Sequence record: MG752970.1
DNA length: 64,000 nucleotides
Direction: 5' to 3' (one strand)
The notes under the pieces are model-generated. The model did not search any database, was not told the origin of the DNA, and saw only the letters and a list, made by a program, of their open reading frames with translations. Both the position numbers and the translations under genes were made by a program. Positions 26,846 through 37,113 of this stretch are shown here, in pieces (within the stretch, counting starts at the first letter, position 1; every line of letters begins with the position of its first letter).

Positions 26846-29170
26846 ATGGCAAATTTGGTTGAGGTTCCACAGTGGGAACCTAGTATATTTCAGATCGACA
26901 TAACAACTAGAGTTCTAGGTGGTACTGGAGGTCCAGCAAATACACAAGCCCAACAGCTCGCAAATAGATCGGCGTATCTTAAAAGTCAGGTTGATGGAAT
27001 ACTGGCAACTCTTGCGGCGGGCGTTCCTCATCATACACACGATGCTGCTGACATAATTTCGGGAGTTCTAGATCCTGCTCGTATGGGTCTAGGTGTGGCA
27101 AATAATTCAACATATCTGCGTGGCGATGGTGTCTGGGCGACAGTATCTCAGTATGCCCTTCCAACTGCTTCGTCAAGCGTTATAGGTGGAATTAAAGTAG
27201 GATCTGGACTGTCGATAGATGGTACCGGAATTTTATCTACCAATGTTACCACCGTAGCCGGAAGAACAGGAAATATTGTCTTGGCAGTCGCAGATGTATC
27301 TGATGCTGCATCTTCGTCGGCACTTGCTGCTTCATCTGGATCCTCATTAATTGGATTTATTTCTAGCGACACCGGATCATTGCTCAGAACAGTTCAAACG
27401 AGGTTAAGAGATTTCTATAATCTTAAGGATTATGGAGCAGTTGGTGATGGTGTTACGGATGATACCGCAGCGGTTCAGGCTGCAATTACGGCGGCCGTTA
27501 CCAAGAAAAAGGCATTGTATGTTCCTGCGGGTAATTACATGCTTAATAGTGGCATCACTATTAATGGCGTACTCACCATGTACGGTGACGGTATGCAGAA
27601 TTCCATCTTTACATACGTCCCTGTTAATGGTAATGCCTTCACATGGACAGCAGATGGATCGTATTCAAGCATTCGTGGAATAAAGCTAGCCCATACGGCT
27701 ACTAGAGTACTTGGTAACACCGCAACAGGATTTAAAACGTATACAGGCGCAGCTTGCGTGTTTTATCTATTTGATGAAGTATGGGTTGATGGTTTCCAGC
27801 TGTGGGGCTATGATGTAAATGATAGCTTTAATTGCAAATTCACAAATGGTAGAATTCGCAACAACGGTGTCCAGGCCACATTAGCCGGTGGAGGAACTAA
27901 CGGTCAGGGCGGAGGTATGCATCTATCACGCATAACTTTCACTGGGGCTGCAACGACAGGTAATGATTATAGCAACATGTATATCACCGGAAATAACTGG
28001 GGTATCCAAGTTGAACCATCAGGAAACAATAACAAGGCTTTTAACACTAGATTCGACGTGTGTATCTTCGAGTCGAACTATATCGGTGTAGATCTGCGCA
28101 ACCTTGGTACGGGTGGAATGGGTCGTTATCAGTTCCTGAACACATGTTATGGTGAGGCCAACATCTTCGCCCTCGCGATGCTGGATGAAGGTAGCAGTGT
28201 TGCATGCTATCAGAACAACACCACAGCAGGCACAGGTACTCCACCTTCCACATCGTTGGATGGTCCGGATGGTATTAACTTCACTGCTCGTTTCGTTGAG
28301 GATCGCCCATCACGTTTCCGTATTGGTAACCAGGGCGCGGCGCCGTATGATCGTTCAGTGGCTACGGCCTTCTCTGTCGATAAGGGAGAGACGACCAACT
28401 ATGTGAGCACTATCCGTGTGCTGAATCAAGGTACTCTGCAGCTTGTTGGAGGTGCTGGTTCGGCTGTTCCTGCTGTTACTATTAACTCTGGTTCAGGTAA
28501 CCCGGAAGCGTCGATTACGGCTAACAATGGCTCCCTGTACATGCGTTATAACGGTGTTGACCTAGGCACAACGTTGTACCTCAAGGTGAGTGGCACGGGT
28601 AATACTGGTTGGTTACCTCTAGGACCACAATATGGTCCTACCGCATCCCGTCCTACTTCTGCTGCTACAAACAAGGGTCAGTTCTACTACGATACTGATA
28701 TTTTGCGTGTAGTTACGGCAAACGGCTCTGGTGCTTGGAGAGAATATAACGGTTTATCTTCAGTAACTGGAACATATGCAAATATTCCGGCTGGCATAAC
28801 TGGTGCAAATTATTACGCTACTGATTTGTTTGCCAACTTCACATATGATGGCACTAGATGGGGTATGCAAACTCTACCAGTGTCATTTGTTTCGGTGGCT
28901 GCAGCGGGTAATGCTACTATTCCTACACGCGGTGGTCATGTTCTAGGAACTACAACTGGATCTGCAGTTGCTACATTCACTTTGAATCTTCCATCTGGCA
29001 CAAATGCGGCATCCGGTGATAGAGCTAGATTTACTACATCGTGCGCAATCACTGCCTTGACGGTATCATCTAGTGCGTCTATCGTAAATGCGCCATCTGC
29101 AATGTCAGCTGGACAGACAATTGAATTTGTTTACAATGGTTCTAGCACCACATGGTTTAGAACAGCATAA
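26846..29170 (+). CDS. Tail fibre/spike with pectate-lyase-like beta-helix
   Basis: NLKDYGAVGDGVTDDTAAVQAAI...LYVPAGNY; N-terminus shared with 29191 gene. Confidence 0.85.
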   Translation: MANLVEVPQWEPSIFQIDITTRVLGGTGGPANTQAQQLANRSAYLKSQVDGILATLAAGVPHHTHDAADIISGVLDPARMGLGVANNSTYLRGDGVWATVSQYALPTASSSVIGGIKVGSGLSIDGTGILSTNVTTVAGRTGNIVLAVADVSDAASSSALAASSGSSLIGFISSDTGSLLRTVQTRLRDFYNLKDYGAVGDGVTDDTAAVQAAITAAVTKKKALYVPAGNYMLNSGITINGVLTMYGDGMQNSIFTYVPVNGNAFTWTADGSYSSIRGIKLAHTATRVLGNTATGFKTYTGAACVFYLFDEVWVDGFQLWGYDVNDSFNCKFTNGRIRNNGVQATLAGGGTNGQGGGMHLSRITFTGAATTGNDYSNMYITGNNWGIQVEPSGNNNKAFNTRFDVCIFESNYIGVDLRNLGTGGMGRYQFLNTCYGEANIFALAMLDEGSSVACYQNNTTAGTGTPPSTSLDGPDGINFTARFVEDRPSRFRIGNQGAAPYDRSVATAFSVDKGETTNYVSTIRVLNQGTLQLVGGAGSAVPAVTINSGSGNPEASITANNGSLYMRYNGVDLGTTLYLKVSGTGNTGWLPLGPQYGPTASRPTSAATNKGQFYYDTDILRVVTANGSGAWREYNGLSSVTGTYANIPAGITGANYYATDLFANFTYDGTRWGMQTLPVSFVSVAAAGNATIPTRGGHVLGTTTGSAVATFTLNLPSGTNAASGDRARFTTSCAITALTVSSSASIVNAPSAMSAGQTIEFVYNGSSTTWFRTA

Positions 29171-29190
29171 TTATTAAACGGAGAATATGA

Positions 29191-29904
29191 ATGGCAAATT
29201 TGGTAGAGGTATCCCAGTGGGAGCCTTCCGTATTTCAGGTTGATATAACAACCAGAGTTTTGGGTGGAACGGGTGGCCCAGCAAATACGCAAGCCCAACA
29301 GCTTGCAAATAGAACGACATATTTGCGGGATCAAGTTAACACCATCTTGGCAACTTTGGCTGCAGGGGTGCCACATCATACTCACGATGCTGCTGATATT
29401 ATCACTGGTGTTATTCCGGTCTCGCATTTGGGGGTTGGAACGGCTGATACTACCAAATTCTTGCGTGGTGATGGTGCATGGGCGCTGCCTCCAACATATA
29501 CGCTTCAAACGGCGTCTAGTTCAGTTCTCGGCGGCGTGAAAGTTGGATCTGGTCTGTCAATAGATGGAAGTGGAGTGTTGTCAACGACGGAACTTTTGAA
29601 TGTTGTCACTCAGACAACATCATATTCTATTCCGAATGCATTAACAAATAATTCGCACATACGAATGAATTCATCAGCCGGAGTGACTGTTACTGTTCCA
29701 TCAGATGCTACCTATGCATTTCCGATCGGTACATCATTTTCTATTCGTCAAGTTGGATCTGGTCAAGTTACGGTTGCTGGAACATCTACATTTGATTTGC
29801 CAGCTAGTACAGTTGCTAAAACAAGAGTGCAAGGAAGTACTATTGCAATTATTAAGGTTGCGGCAGATGAATGGGAAGTAACAGGTGATTTAGCATCAGC
29901 ATAA
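29191..29904 (+). CDS. Short fibre/adaptor protein
   Basis: First ~130 aa near-duplicate of 26846 gene; different C-terminal beta domain. Confidence 0.8.
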   Translation: MANLVEVSQWEPSVFQVDITTRVLGGTGGPANTQAQQLANRTTYLRDQVNTILATLAAGVPHHTHDAADIITGVIPVSHLGVGTADTTKFLRGDGAWALPPTYTLQTASSSVLGGVKVGSGLSIDGSGVLSTTELLNVVTQTTSYSIPNALTNNSHIRMNSSAGVTVTVPSDATYAFPIGTSFSIRQVGSGQVTVAGTSTFDLPASTVAKTRVQGSTIAIIKVAADEWEVTGDLASA

Positions 29905-29916
29905 TAGAGCATTAAT

Positions 29917-30306
29917 ATGACGTCATTAGTTAGCTTTGCATCGCAATTGACATGGTCGCCCGGTCAGTCATTGAGTGTTTCTTTTCACACATGGAAAGGA
30001 ACTACTATTATTCAACCGAATGCGGTGCGAGAGCTTACGATTTTTTATCCAGCTAATAAATCTGCTACTGGTTTAATAGTGACTGATTTATATGGTCATT
30101 CTGTTACCCCCGCGTATGTGAATGAATCGTATAAAAATGATTCATCAACCCAAATGCGAATGATGCTAGTAGGTCTTTCTACGGCGATGGGTGTGCAAGT
30201 GAGTTTAACACTTATAGATAGAGTATCTAATGTGTCATATTTGCAGCTTACAGATGGATCTGCTTTAACATTGATGACGGGTTTAACTCTTGATTTGCAA
30301 ATATAA
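29917..30306 (+). CDS. Hypothetical structural protein
   Basis: In fibre operon. Confidence 0.65.
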   Translation: MTSLVSFASQLTWSPGQSLSVSFHTWKGTTIIQPNAVRELTIFYPANKSATGLIVTDLYGHSVTPAYVNESYKNDSSTQMRMMLVGLSTAMGVQVSLTLIDRVSNVSYLQLTDGSALTLMTGLTLDLQI

Positions 30307-30319
30307 TTGAACAAGCGAT

Positions 30320-31018
30320 ATGTCGAAATTAACAGAACTTAGCACAGCCTCAACATTAACTGGATCAGAGTTGGTATATGTGGTTCAGAGCGGGGCAGAT
30401 AGATCAACCACTTTACAGTCAATCTTAGCGCTTGCACCTAGTAAGGCACCAACTGACGGTAAAGCATATGTATCCAAAAATGGAGCGTGGATAGATTTAA
30501 GTACGCTGGCACCATCGCTTGCGCCTACAGATGGTAAATCTTACGTATCCAAGAATAATGCGTGGATAGATTTAAGTACGGTTGCTGCTAGTGTTGCTCC
30601 ATCCGATGGAAATGCGTATGTATCCAAGAATGGTTCTTGGGTAAATTTGAGCACACTACTTCCTGCACCAACTCTTTCATCATACTCATATACGTTTCCA
30701 TCTATAGCTGCCGGTCAAACATATTCTACCACTTTAAATTCGTTGCCGGTATTTTCGGATCAGTCGGTAATTTTCTTCGTTATAAGCATGAGTGTGACGG
30801 CAACAACGTCTTATACATTTGAATTGGTTGAAGTAGATTCCAGCAATAATGAAAGTGTTGTGTATCAGTCTGCGACTCAAACTACATCATTTAAAGATAC
30901 TCAACCATTTACATTTGACAGAATGAACATAGCAAATACCTTGGTTTTAAGAATAATAAATTCATCATCTTCGGCAATCACCGGGGCATCAGTAAGAATG
31001 GTTATGGCAGGAGTGTAA
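30320..31018 (+). CDS. Structural protein with three foldon-like repeats
   Basis: MSKLTELSTAS N-terminus; 3x APxDGxxYVSKNxxWxxLST. Confidence 0.75.
   Translation: MSKLTELSTASTLTGSELVYVVQSGADRSTTLQSILALAPSKAPTDGKAYVSKNGAWIDLSTLAPSLAPTDGKSYVSKNNAWIDLSTVAASVAPSDGNAYVSKNGSWVNLSTLLPAPTLSSYSYTFPSIAAGQTYSTTLNSLPVFSDQSVIFFVISMSVTATTSYTFELVEVDSSNNESVVYQSATQTTSFKDTQPFTFDRMNIANTLVLRIINSSSSAITGASVRMVMAGV
30446..30658 (+). repeat. Three tandem 75-nt repeats
   Basis: Visible at protein and DNA level. Confidence 0.85.
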
Positions 31019-31019
31019 T

Positions 31020-33929
31020 ATGGCGCGTCCTCCATTTCCAACTATAAATGATTTTGTTCAAATTTACCCAGGTGGTTTTAATGCTGGGATTGATCCTGTA
31101 AATTTGAGAGACACGTATTATCCGGTATCAGATTTCACTCTGTCTGATAAATTTACCATGCCTGGTAGTAGCACACAGATAAATGGAGCATGGTCTACAG
31201 ACTCTGGAGATCTAGGTCTTCCAGATAGTCAGAAGGAATCGAGATCATTCTGTTTAAAGGGAAAAGCTTCTATTCAGGTAAACGGTACCGCAATCATTTT
31301 GCGAGTGCAATTAAATTCTGGATGGGGAACTGCCAGTGTGTATGTGGATGGAGTGAAACCATCAACAATATCAGGACTTGCAGCCTATTCGGATACTATC
31401 AATTGTAATGCTGATAGCTATCCTGGAACGGTAGGAACTGTTTATCATGATATCGTAATAGCAGATGGTCTGTCTTCTGGAAACCATACGGTAGACATTT
31501 ATGCAAATACGACTGGAACGCAAACATGGGTATCGTTATCAGCAGCAAAAACTAGATCGTATTCGCAAAAACCATACGTGTTTAAGGGTTGGAAATCACC
31601 AGTAAGTACTGGATTGAATTCTAGAACGCTGTCGTTTAAAAATTTGAGTAGTGATACATTTAAAAATGTCACATTAACTGTTCCCGCAAACTTGGTGAAA
31701 CAGGATGGCACGTCATATACGTCACCAATTTCAATCGGTGATATAGCGCCCGGCGCACAGTATGATTTTGCCTATAGTATAGATGGAAGTACTCAACCGG
31801 ATAGTACGTCATATATAGCTACGTTTTCGGCTCTATATCCAGATCCTCTTGGTTCTACAAATTTATCGTCTACAAATACGTATGACGTCAATAGCTCGGC
31901 TATTGTTTTTACTGGTGCCTGGAATAAAGATCAAGGTGCACCTAATTCAACATGGAGAGCATTTACCACAGGAACCAACCAAAAAGCATCATTTGTAACA
32001 GATGCTACATCATTTGTGATAACTCTTCAGAAAGAATTTGGTTGGGGTAGTGCAAAGGTTATGGTTGGTTCAACGCAATATGCCACACTGACCAGCAATG
32101 ATGCAGTAGGTGGAGGATTCTTACAAGATGTTACTGTGAGTGGTCTTCCTTCGGGGACAAAAACAATTGACATTATTTCAACTACGGCAGCAGCAAAACC
32201 GTTTGTGTTTACAAAACTGTCGTACACGAAAACGTCAACATATTCTCAGGTTAATGAGAATGTAGTATTGAATTACGCATACTCTTATGTTCCACCATTT
32301 GCTCCTAAAAATCCTAGATTGCAGGGAGGCATGGTTACGTGGGATGCGTCCAATAGAACTGATTTAGATATTACGATTCCTAGAGATAATTCTAATCTTA
32401 CTGAGTATAGAGTTTATTCTAGATTTCCAACATATTGCGTATATTATTTCCAGGGTAAACAGGACATATTATCTCAGTACGATATTGTAATCATAGAACC
32501 ATCTGCCGTGTCGCGTCAACAGGTAAAGGCATGGCAGGATAAAGGAATCAAAGTTTTCGGTTATGTATCATTTGGTGAAGAGGATGGAGAAAGACCAGAT
32601 ATTTTTGATTTAGCTAGTTCAGCCCTCGGTCCGCATAAAGACGATCAAGGCGGTCCTGGAGGATACGCATCTTACTATAACAAAGGTGGTAATCTATTTG
32701 GTGAGGCAAGCGAATGTCAATTAGATAACCAGCGGGTTCTGGGGACTAAAACATGCGCTGTTGGAAACCCAAAATATTTTACTGGAACTGGAAGATGCAG
32801 TACATCATGCACTAATGACTGGCGAGATGGTTATATAACTCAGCAAGCAGGAGGAACATGTAAGGCAGGGTTCACTATCCATAATAATTGGATTAGAGAC
32901 GCCATGACGGCATGTTCCAATAAATCATGTCCTAGTTATACTCCTGTCAATCAGAAGTGTACCCAATACGTTCCTAGCGATGTTAAATGGGGCCAGGATT
33001 ATAGCATGGCGACTCCGAATTATCCCGACCAAAATGGAATATGGGGTTCTTCATTTATTAATCCTATAGCTCCACGCTGGAAACAAAAACTGCAAAATTT
33101 CTACATGCCAACAGTTTTTGGTACTGGTCAGAATTTTACAGAAACTTACACCTGCGCTTCTCATACTAATTCAGATGGCTCTACTAAACTGGTATTCCGT
33201 TTGAATAATTATCCGATTGACGATAATGAAACGTTTACGGTTAAGAGCGCAGATGGAACTATTGAGTATAAGAAGAACTTGGATTATAGCTATGATGCTA
33301 CTGCTGGTGTTATAGCAATAGAGCCTACTGCGGGGGTGGATGCTGGATACACTGCACCTGTTGCTGGAACACAATTCAGTGTGACTTATCAGAAGAAAGG
33401 ATTGCAGTGCGATGGAATTTTTATGGATACGGTAGATACGGTTGATGTTTACCCATCTGAGCAGTTCAATCAAGCTATGGCTGATATGATTAACTCTCTT
33501 AAAGCTAGCAATCCTACAAAATATTTCTGTAGCAATAGAGGATTTAGTGTTTTAGACAAGATCATTTCATCATGTTCGCACGTGATGTTCGAAACCTTTC
33601 TATCTGAATATAACTGGGATACCGGTCAATATTATGAAATTACGGATCCAGATTCGGTGTCATTCAATGATGGGATAAAGAAGCAATTGCGAAATCTTAG
33701 AAGACAACATAAGTTTGATGTGTTTGCTCTTAATTATTGCGATAACGGACCGTCAGGTGATGCTCTGCGTCAGAAAATAAATGATCAATGCTATGCTGAA
33801 GGTTATATGAGTTGGACATCTACTATCGATCTAAATGACCCACTTCCGGTTATTCCAATGAATGTGAATCCGGGAGGTGCTATAAGATCTAATACGTGGA
33901 TGATGCTAAGAAAATCTAAGGTTCAATAA
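31020..33929 (+). CDS. Putative virion-associated alpha-1,4-galactosaminidase-like hydrolase (GH114/GH166)
   Basis: YDIVIIEP, GYVSFGEE, DGIFMDTVD, NRGF, VMFE, VFALNYC; N-terminal beta-sandwich modules. Confidence 0.75.
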   Translation: MARPPFPTINDFVQIYPGGFNAGIDPVNLRDTYYPVSDFTLSDKFTMPGSSTQINGAWSTDSGDLGLPDSQKESRSFCLKGKASIQVNGTAIILRVQLNSGWGTASVYVDGVKPSTISGLAAYSDTINCNADSYPGTVGTVYHDIVIADGLSSGNHTVDIYANTTGTQTWVSLSAAKTRSYSQKPYVFKGWKSPVSTGLNSRTLSFKNLSSDTFKNVTLTVPANLVKQDGTSYTSPISIGDIAPGAQYDFAYSIDGSTQPDSTSYIATFSALYPDPLGSTNLSSTNTYDVNSSAIVFTGAWNKDQGAPNSTWRAFTTGTNQKASFVTDATSFVITLQKEFGWGSAKVMVGSTQYATLTSNDAVGGGFLQDVTVSGLPSGTKTIDIISTTAAAKPFVFTKLSYTKTSTYSQVNENVVLNYAYSYVPPFAPKNPRLQGGMVTWDASNRTDLDITIPRDNSNLTEYRVYSRFPTYCVYYFQGKQDILSQYDIVIIEPSAVSRQQVKAWQDKGIKVFGYVSFGEEDGERPDIFDLASSALGPHKDDQGGPGGYASYYNKGGNLFGEASECQLDNQRVLGTKTCAVGNPKYFTGTGRCSTSCTNDWRDGYITQQAGGTCKAGFTIHNNWIRDAMTACSNKSCPSYTPVNQKCTQYVPSDVKWGQDYSMATPNYPDQNGIWGSSFINPIAPRWKQKLQNFYMPTVFGTGQNFTETYTCASHTNSDGSTKLVFRLNNYPIDDNETFTVKSADGTIEYKKNLDYSYDATAGVIAIEPTAGVDAGYTAPVAGTQFSVTYQKKGLQCDGIFMDTVDTVDVYPSEQFNQAMADMINSLKASNPTKYFCSNRGFSVLDKIISSCSHVMFETFLSEYNWDTGQYYEITDPDSVSFNDGIKKQLRNLRRQHKFDVFALNYCDNGPSGDALRQKINDQCYAEGYMSWTSTIDLNDPLPVIPMNVNPGGAIRSNTWMMLRKSKVQ

Positions 33930-33939
33930 GGGTGATGAT

Positions 33940-34188
33940 ATGTCGGATATAAATCCTAATGAAGTAAATCCATTTCTTACAGATATTCCTGTTGTTTCTA
34001 TTGTCACACAGGTTAGATTGGTAAACGGCGTTGAAGTTGAGACGCCGGTTTCTGATTGTATTAGAGTTTGGGGTAGATTGAATGGGGCTGCAAAAAGAGA
34101 TGCACACAAAAATCCTATAATCCCTAATTCTCAGCCTATTAGAATTATACCTGATCCGTACGGAATGGATAAACAGAGAAATTTCTAA
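33940..34188 (+). CDS. Hypothetical protein
   Basis: AAGGG RBS. Confidence 0.6.
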   Translation: MSDINPNEVNPFLTDIPVVSIVTQVRLVNGVEVETPVSDCIRVWGRLNGAAKRDAHKNPIIPNSQPIRIIPDPYGMDKQRNF

Positions 34189-34202
34189 CGAGTATAGAAA
34201 CC

Positions 34203-34209
34203 ATAAATA
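34203..34209 (+). promoter_or_regulatory. Late promoter box ATAAATA
   Basis: Upstream of 34240 gene. Confidence 0.65.
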
Positions 34210-34239
34210 ACAGAATATAGAACACTAGAGGATTCATCC

Positions 34240-34818
34240 ATGAATGATTGTCAAAACATCCAAGCTACAAGTCGAATCGTAGCAAGTTATCTCGACACTG
34301 GTGAGGTTGTCGCTGATTTCACTAATGCGGTTCATCCGCAAAATATGGCTAGAATCATTGCAAGAGGTCTAGCTCGTGAAACTAACGGTTGGATTCATAA
34401 AATGGCTTTTGGTAATGGCGGAACTCACATTAACTCGGGTTTAACTATTACTTATCTTACGCCGAACACCGTTGGTACTGCAGCATCTTTGTATAATCAA
34501 ACATACGAAGAAATTATTGATGATTCCAACGTTTCGGTTGGTCCAGGTAATTCGTGTATTTCATCGGCTTCTCCTGATCCAGCTATAACATCGGTTGTTA
34601 CGTGTACTTGCGTTATAGCGGCAAATGAACCGTCCGGTCAGGCAAATTCAGATGGTACAACTACGGATCCAGATAGTCTGTACACATTTGATGAATTGGG
34701 GTTGTTTACGGCTGATGCGCAACCATTAATGCTTACTCATGCTATTTTTTCTCCAATTGAAAAAACAGGTAATAGAGCAATGCTTATCAACTATACGCTG
34801 ACAATCTCAGTTAACTGA
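34240..34818 (+). CDS. Baseplate/tail-collar-type structural protein
   Basis: MAFGNGGT, FDELGLF, HAIFSPIEKT pattern of myophage baseplate wedge proteins. Confidence 0.7.
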   Translation: MNDCQNIQATSRIVASYLDTGEVVADFTNAVHPQNMARIIARGLARETNGWIHKMAFGNGGTHINSGLTITYLTPNTVGTAASLYNQTYEEIIDDSNVSVGPGNSCISSASPDPAITSVVTCTCVIAANEPSGQANSDGTTTDPDSLYTFDELGLFTADAQPLMLTHAIFSPIEKTGNRAMLINYTLTISVN

Positions 34819-34837
34819 TTTTAGTTTCAACAATTTG

Positions 34838-34864
34838 AAAATGGGACCGAAAGGTCCCATTTTT
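34838..34864 (+). terminator. Intrinsic terminator
   Basis: AAAATGGGACC-GAAA-GGTCCCATTTT. Confidence 0.88.
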
Positions 34865-34893
34865 CGTTTATGGAATCAATTTCATAAAGTCTC

Positions 34894-34900
34894 ATAAATA
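34894..34900 (+). promoter_or_regulatory. Late promoter box ATAAATA
   Basis: Starts second fibre operon. Confidence 0.7.
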
Positions 34901-34928
34901 GCTAATCTAAGGATTTAAAGGACGCAAC

Positions 34929-35150
34929 ATGACTAACGTTTACAGCACTACCGACATTGTTTTGGCAGCAACACTTCGCTGCCTTGGTTATAAGCTTGCT
35001 AACATAGTTAAGAACGGAAATAAGGGCACGTTCCAATTTGAAGGCGTCGACGAGGATGTACTGAACAAGTATGATCTAGGCGAACTGCGTGTGGAACCTT
35101 CCGAATTTAACCACAACATAAAGGCCCTGACGACAGCGTCTAGGAGATAA
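34929..35150 (+). CDS. DUF5659-like small protein
   Basis: YSTTDIVLAATL...GY...GTFQF pattern. Confidence 0.55.
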   Translation: MTNVYSTTDIVLAATLRCLGYKLANIVKNGNKGTFQFEGVDEDVLNKYDLGELRVEPSEFNHNIKALTTASRR

Positions 35151-35152
35151 TT

Positions 35153-35374
35153 TTGCCAGTATGTAATAACCCGTACGTTCATACGCAAGATATTGCGGCC
35201 GTAACTTGGCCGATTGCGCATGGGCTTAATACATATCCCATTGTAGAAATTTTGATCGATGATGGAAATGGTGGCTGGATGGTAATGATTCCAGCTGAAA
35301 TCCATGTAATAGACATGGATCATGTTGAAATTCAGTTTACATCAGCCAGAACCGGCAAAGCCATTTTAATTTAA
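35153..35374 (+). CDS. Small fibre-associated protein (TTG start)
   Basis: AGGAG RBS before TTG; HxQ...WxIxHxL..YPxV pattern. Confidence 0.65.
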   Translation: MPVCNNPYVHTQDIAAVTWPIAHGLNTYPIVEILIDDGNGGWMVMIPAEIHVIDMDHVEIQFTSARTGKAILI

Positions 35375-35385
35375 GAGGATAAAGC

Positions 35386-37101
35386 ATGTTAATTGATGGA
35401 ATTATGCTAACTGACACATCAAATGTTAGCAACATGCAGACGGAAAGTGGACCTGCGTTCCCATCAAATCCAAAGCAAGGACGAATATTCTATTTGAATA
35501 CATCTACCTCGCAGTATCAGCAAGGTTTGTATTTCTATGATGGTTCTGATTGGATTATTGGAGATATTTCGTCGGTAGACGTAGGAGCAAATAGTGGTCT
35601 AACCGGCGGCGGTGGTAGAGGTGACGTATCTTTGGCAGTTGATCCTACTAAATTTACGACTACGGCAAATTTTAATGCGCACGTAAATGACACTCAACGC
35701 CACCTTAGCCCATGGGCATCAGCATTAATCGCCGGCCTCAGCATACAGCTTACGTCAACGCATTTAAACCATTTAGTAGGTGTTAGATCTAACGTTCAAA
35801 TTCAATTGGATAATAAGTTGAGTTTGACCGGTGGTACCATAACAGGTCCGGTAATTCTACCAGGAGATCCTCCATTCCCACTCAGCCCAGCCACCAAAGC
35901 ATATGTTGATAGTAAGGTGATGGGTATCGATGCTAAGAATTCCGTTAGAGTGGTTACTGCTGGGGATATTCCACTATTGGGACTTCAATCAATAGATGGA
36001 TATCAGCTTGTCGAGGGCGACAGAGTTTTGGTTCGTCTGCAAAATGACATGAAAACCAACGGTATTTACATTGCATCCAGCGGTGTATGGACCAGAGCTC
36101 CCGACGCGAATAGTAATTCTAATTTTACGTCCGGAATTTATATTTTCGTTGAAACCGGAAACACGTATGGTGCAACTGCTTGGGTGTGTACTGATACTTC
36201 TATCAATTTAGGTTACACCGATATCCATTTTGCGCAATTCTCTGGCATGAATGGAAATTCGTATACAGCCGGCCCAGGTCTAATTCTACAGGGAGGCACG
36301 TTTAGTGCGCAGTCCGTAGATTCAAGTAGAATTCTTATTAATGGAAGTGGTATCGATCTAGGTGCTGTTGGTAATCCTGGAACATTTAACCGAGTGTCGG
36401 TTGACAACTATGGCCGTGTTCTTCTGGGAACGCTTGAAAATTATTTGCTAGAAAACCAACAGATTACTCTTAGTGGTGATGCTAGCGGTACAGGAAACAC
36501 TTCAATAACGGTAACGCTGGCAAACTCGGGTGTTACTGTAGGTACTTATAAGTCCGTGACTGTAGATGCTAAGGGCCGTGTTACTGCTGGTACCAATCCA
36601 ACAACATTGGCTGGATATGGTATTACTGATGCAGCTCCACTATCTCACGTTGGATCTAGTGGTGTTGCACAGCACGCAATTGCTACAACATCCGTGGCTG
36701 GATTCTTATCTCCGTCTGATAAGACGAAACTTGACGGGATTGCGTCGGGTGCAACGGGGCTTACATATGGAACAATCACTGATGGCACCAATACGGCAAG
36801 CCCTAGCTCAGTAAATAACGTTCTTAGAATGTTAAGTGCCAATGGATTACTAAGTATTGTTGTTACGGATAATTATTCTGGTAGTGATGATGCTGTGACA
36901 TTCACGGTGAATGAGAGCAGCATTCAAATTGGAAATATTGCTGGTACATTGGCGATAGCTAAGGGTGGTACTGGGGCAACAGATGCCGCAACAGCTCGTA
37001 CCAATTTGGGACTAGGAACCATGGCCCTGCAAAATGCAGCAAGCGTCGCTATTACGGGTGGTACCATTGATGGAATTGTGATAGACGGCGGCACATATTA
37101 A
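35386..37101 (+). CDS. Tail fibre protein
   Basis: SVRVVT...IDG...GDRVLV...NGIY...WTRAPDA module; VTVDAKGRV repeat. Confidence 0.85.
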   Translation: MLIDGIMLTDTSNVSNMQTESGPAFPSNPKQGRIFYLNTSTSQYQQGLYFYDGSDWIIGDISSVDVGANSGLTGGGGRGDVSLAVDPTKFTTTANFNAHVNDTQRHLSPWASALIAGLSIQLTSTHLNHLVGVRSNVQIQLDNKLSLTGGTITGPVILPGDPPFPLSPATKAYVDSKVMGIDAKNSVRVVTAGDIPLLGLQSIDGYQLVEGDRVLVRLQNDMKTNGIYIASSGVWTRAPDANSNSNFTSGIYIFVETGNTYGATAWVCTDTSINLGYTDIHFAQFSGMNGNSYTAGPGLILQGGTFSAQSVDSSRILINGSGIDLGAVGNPGTFNRVSVDNYGRVLLGTLENYLLENQQITLSGDASGTGNTSITVTLANSGVTVGTYKSVTVDAKGRVTAGTNPTTLAGYGITDAAPLSHVGSSGVAQHAIATTSVAGFLSPSDKTKLDGIASGATGLTYGTITDGTNTASPSSVNNVLRMLSANGLLSIVVTDNYSGSDDAVTFTVNESSIQIGNIAGTLAIAKGGTGATDAATARTNLGLGTMALQNAASVAITGGTIDGIVIDGGTY

Positions 37102-37113
37102 ATCGGATAGTAA

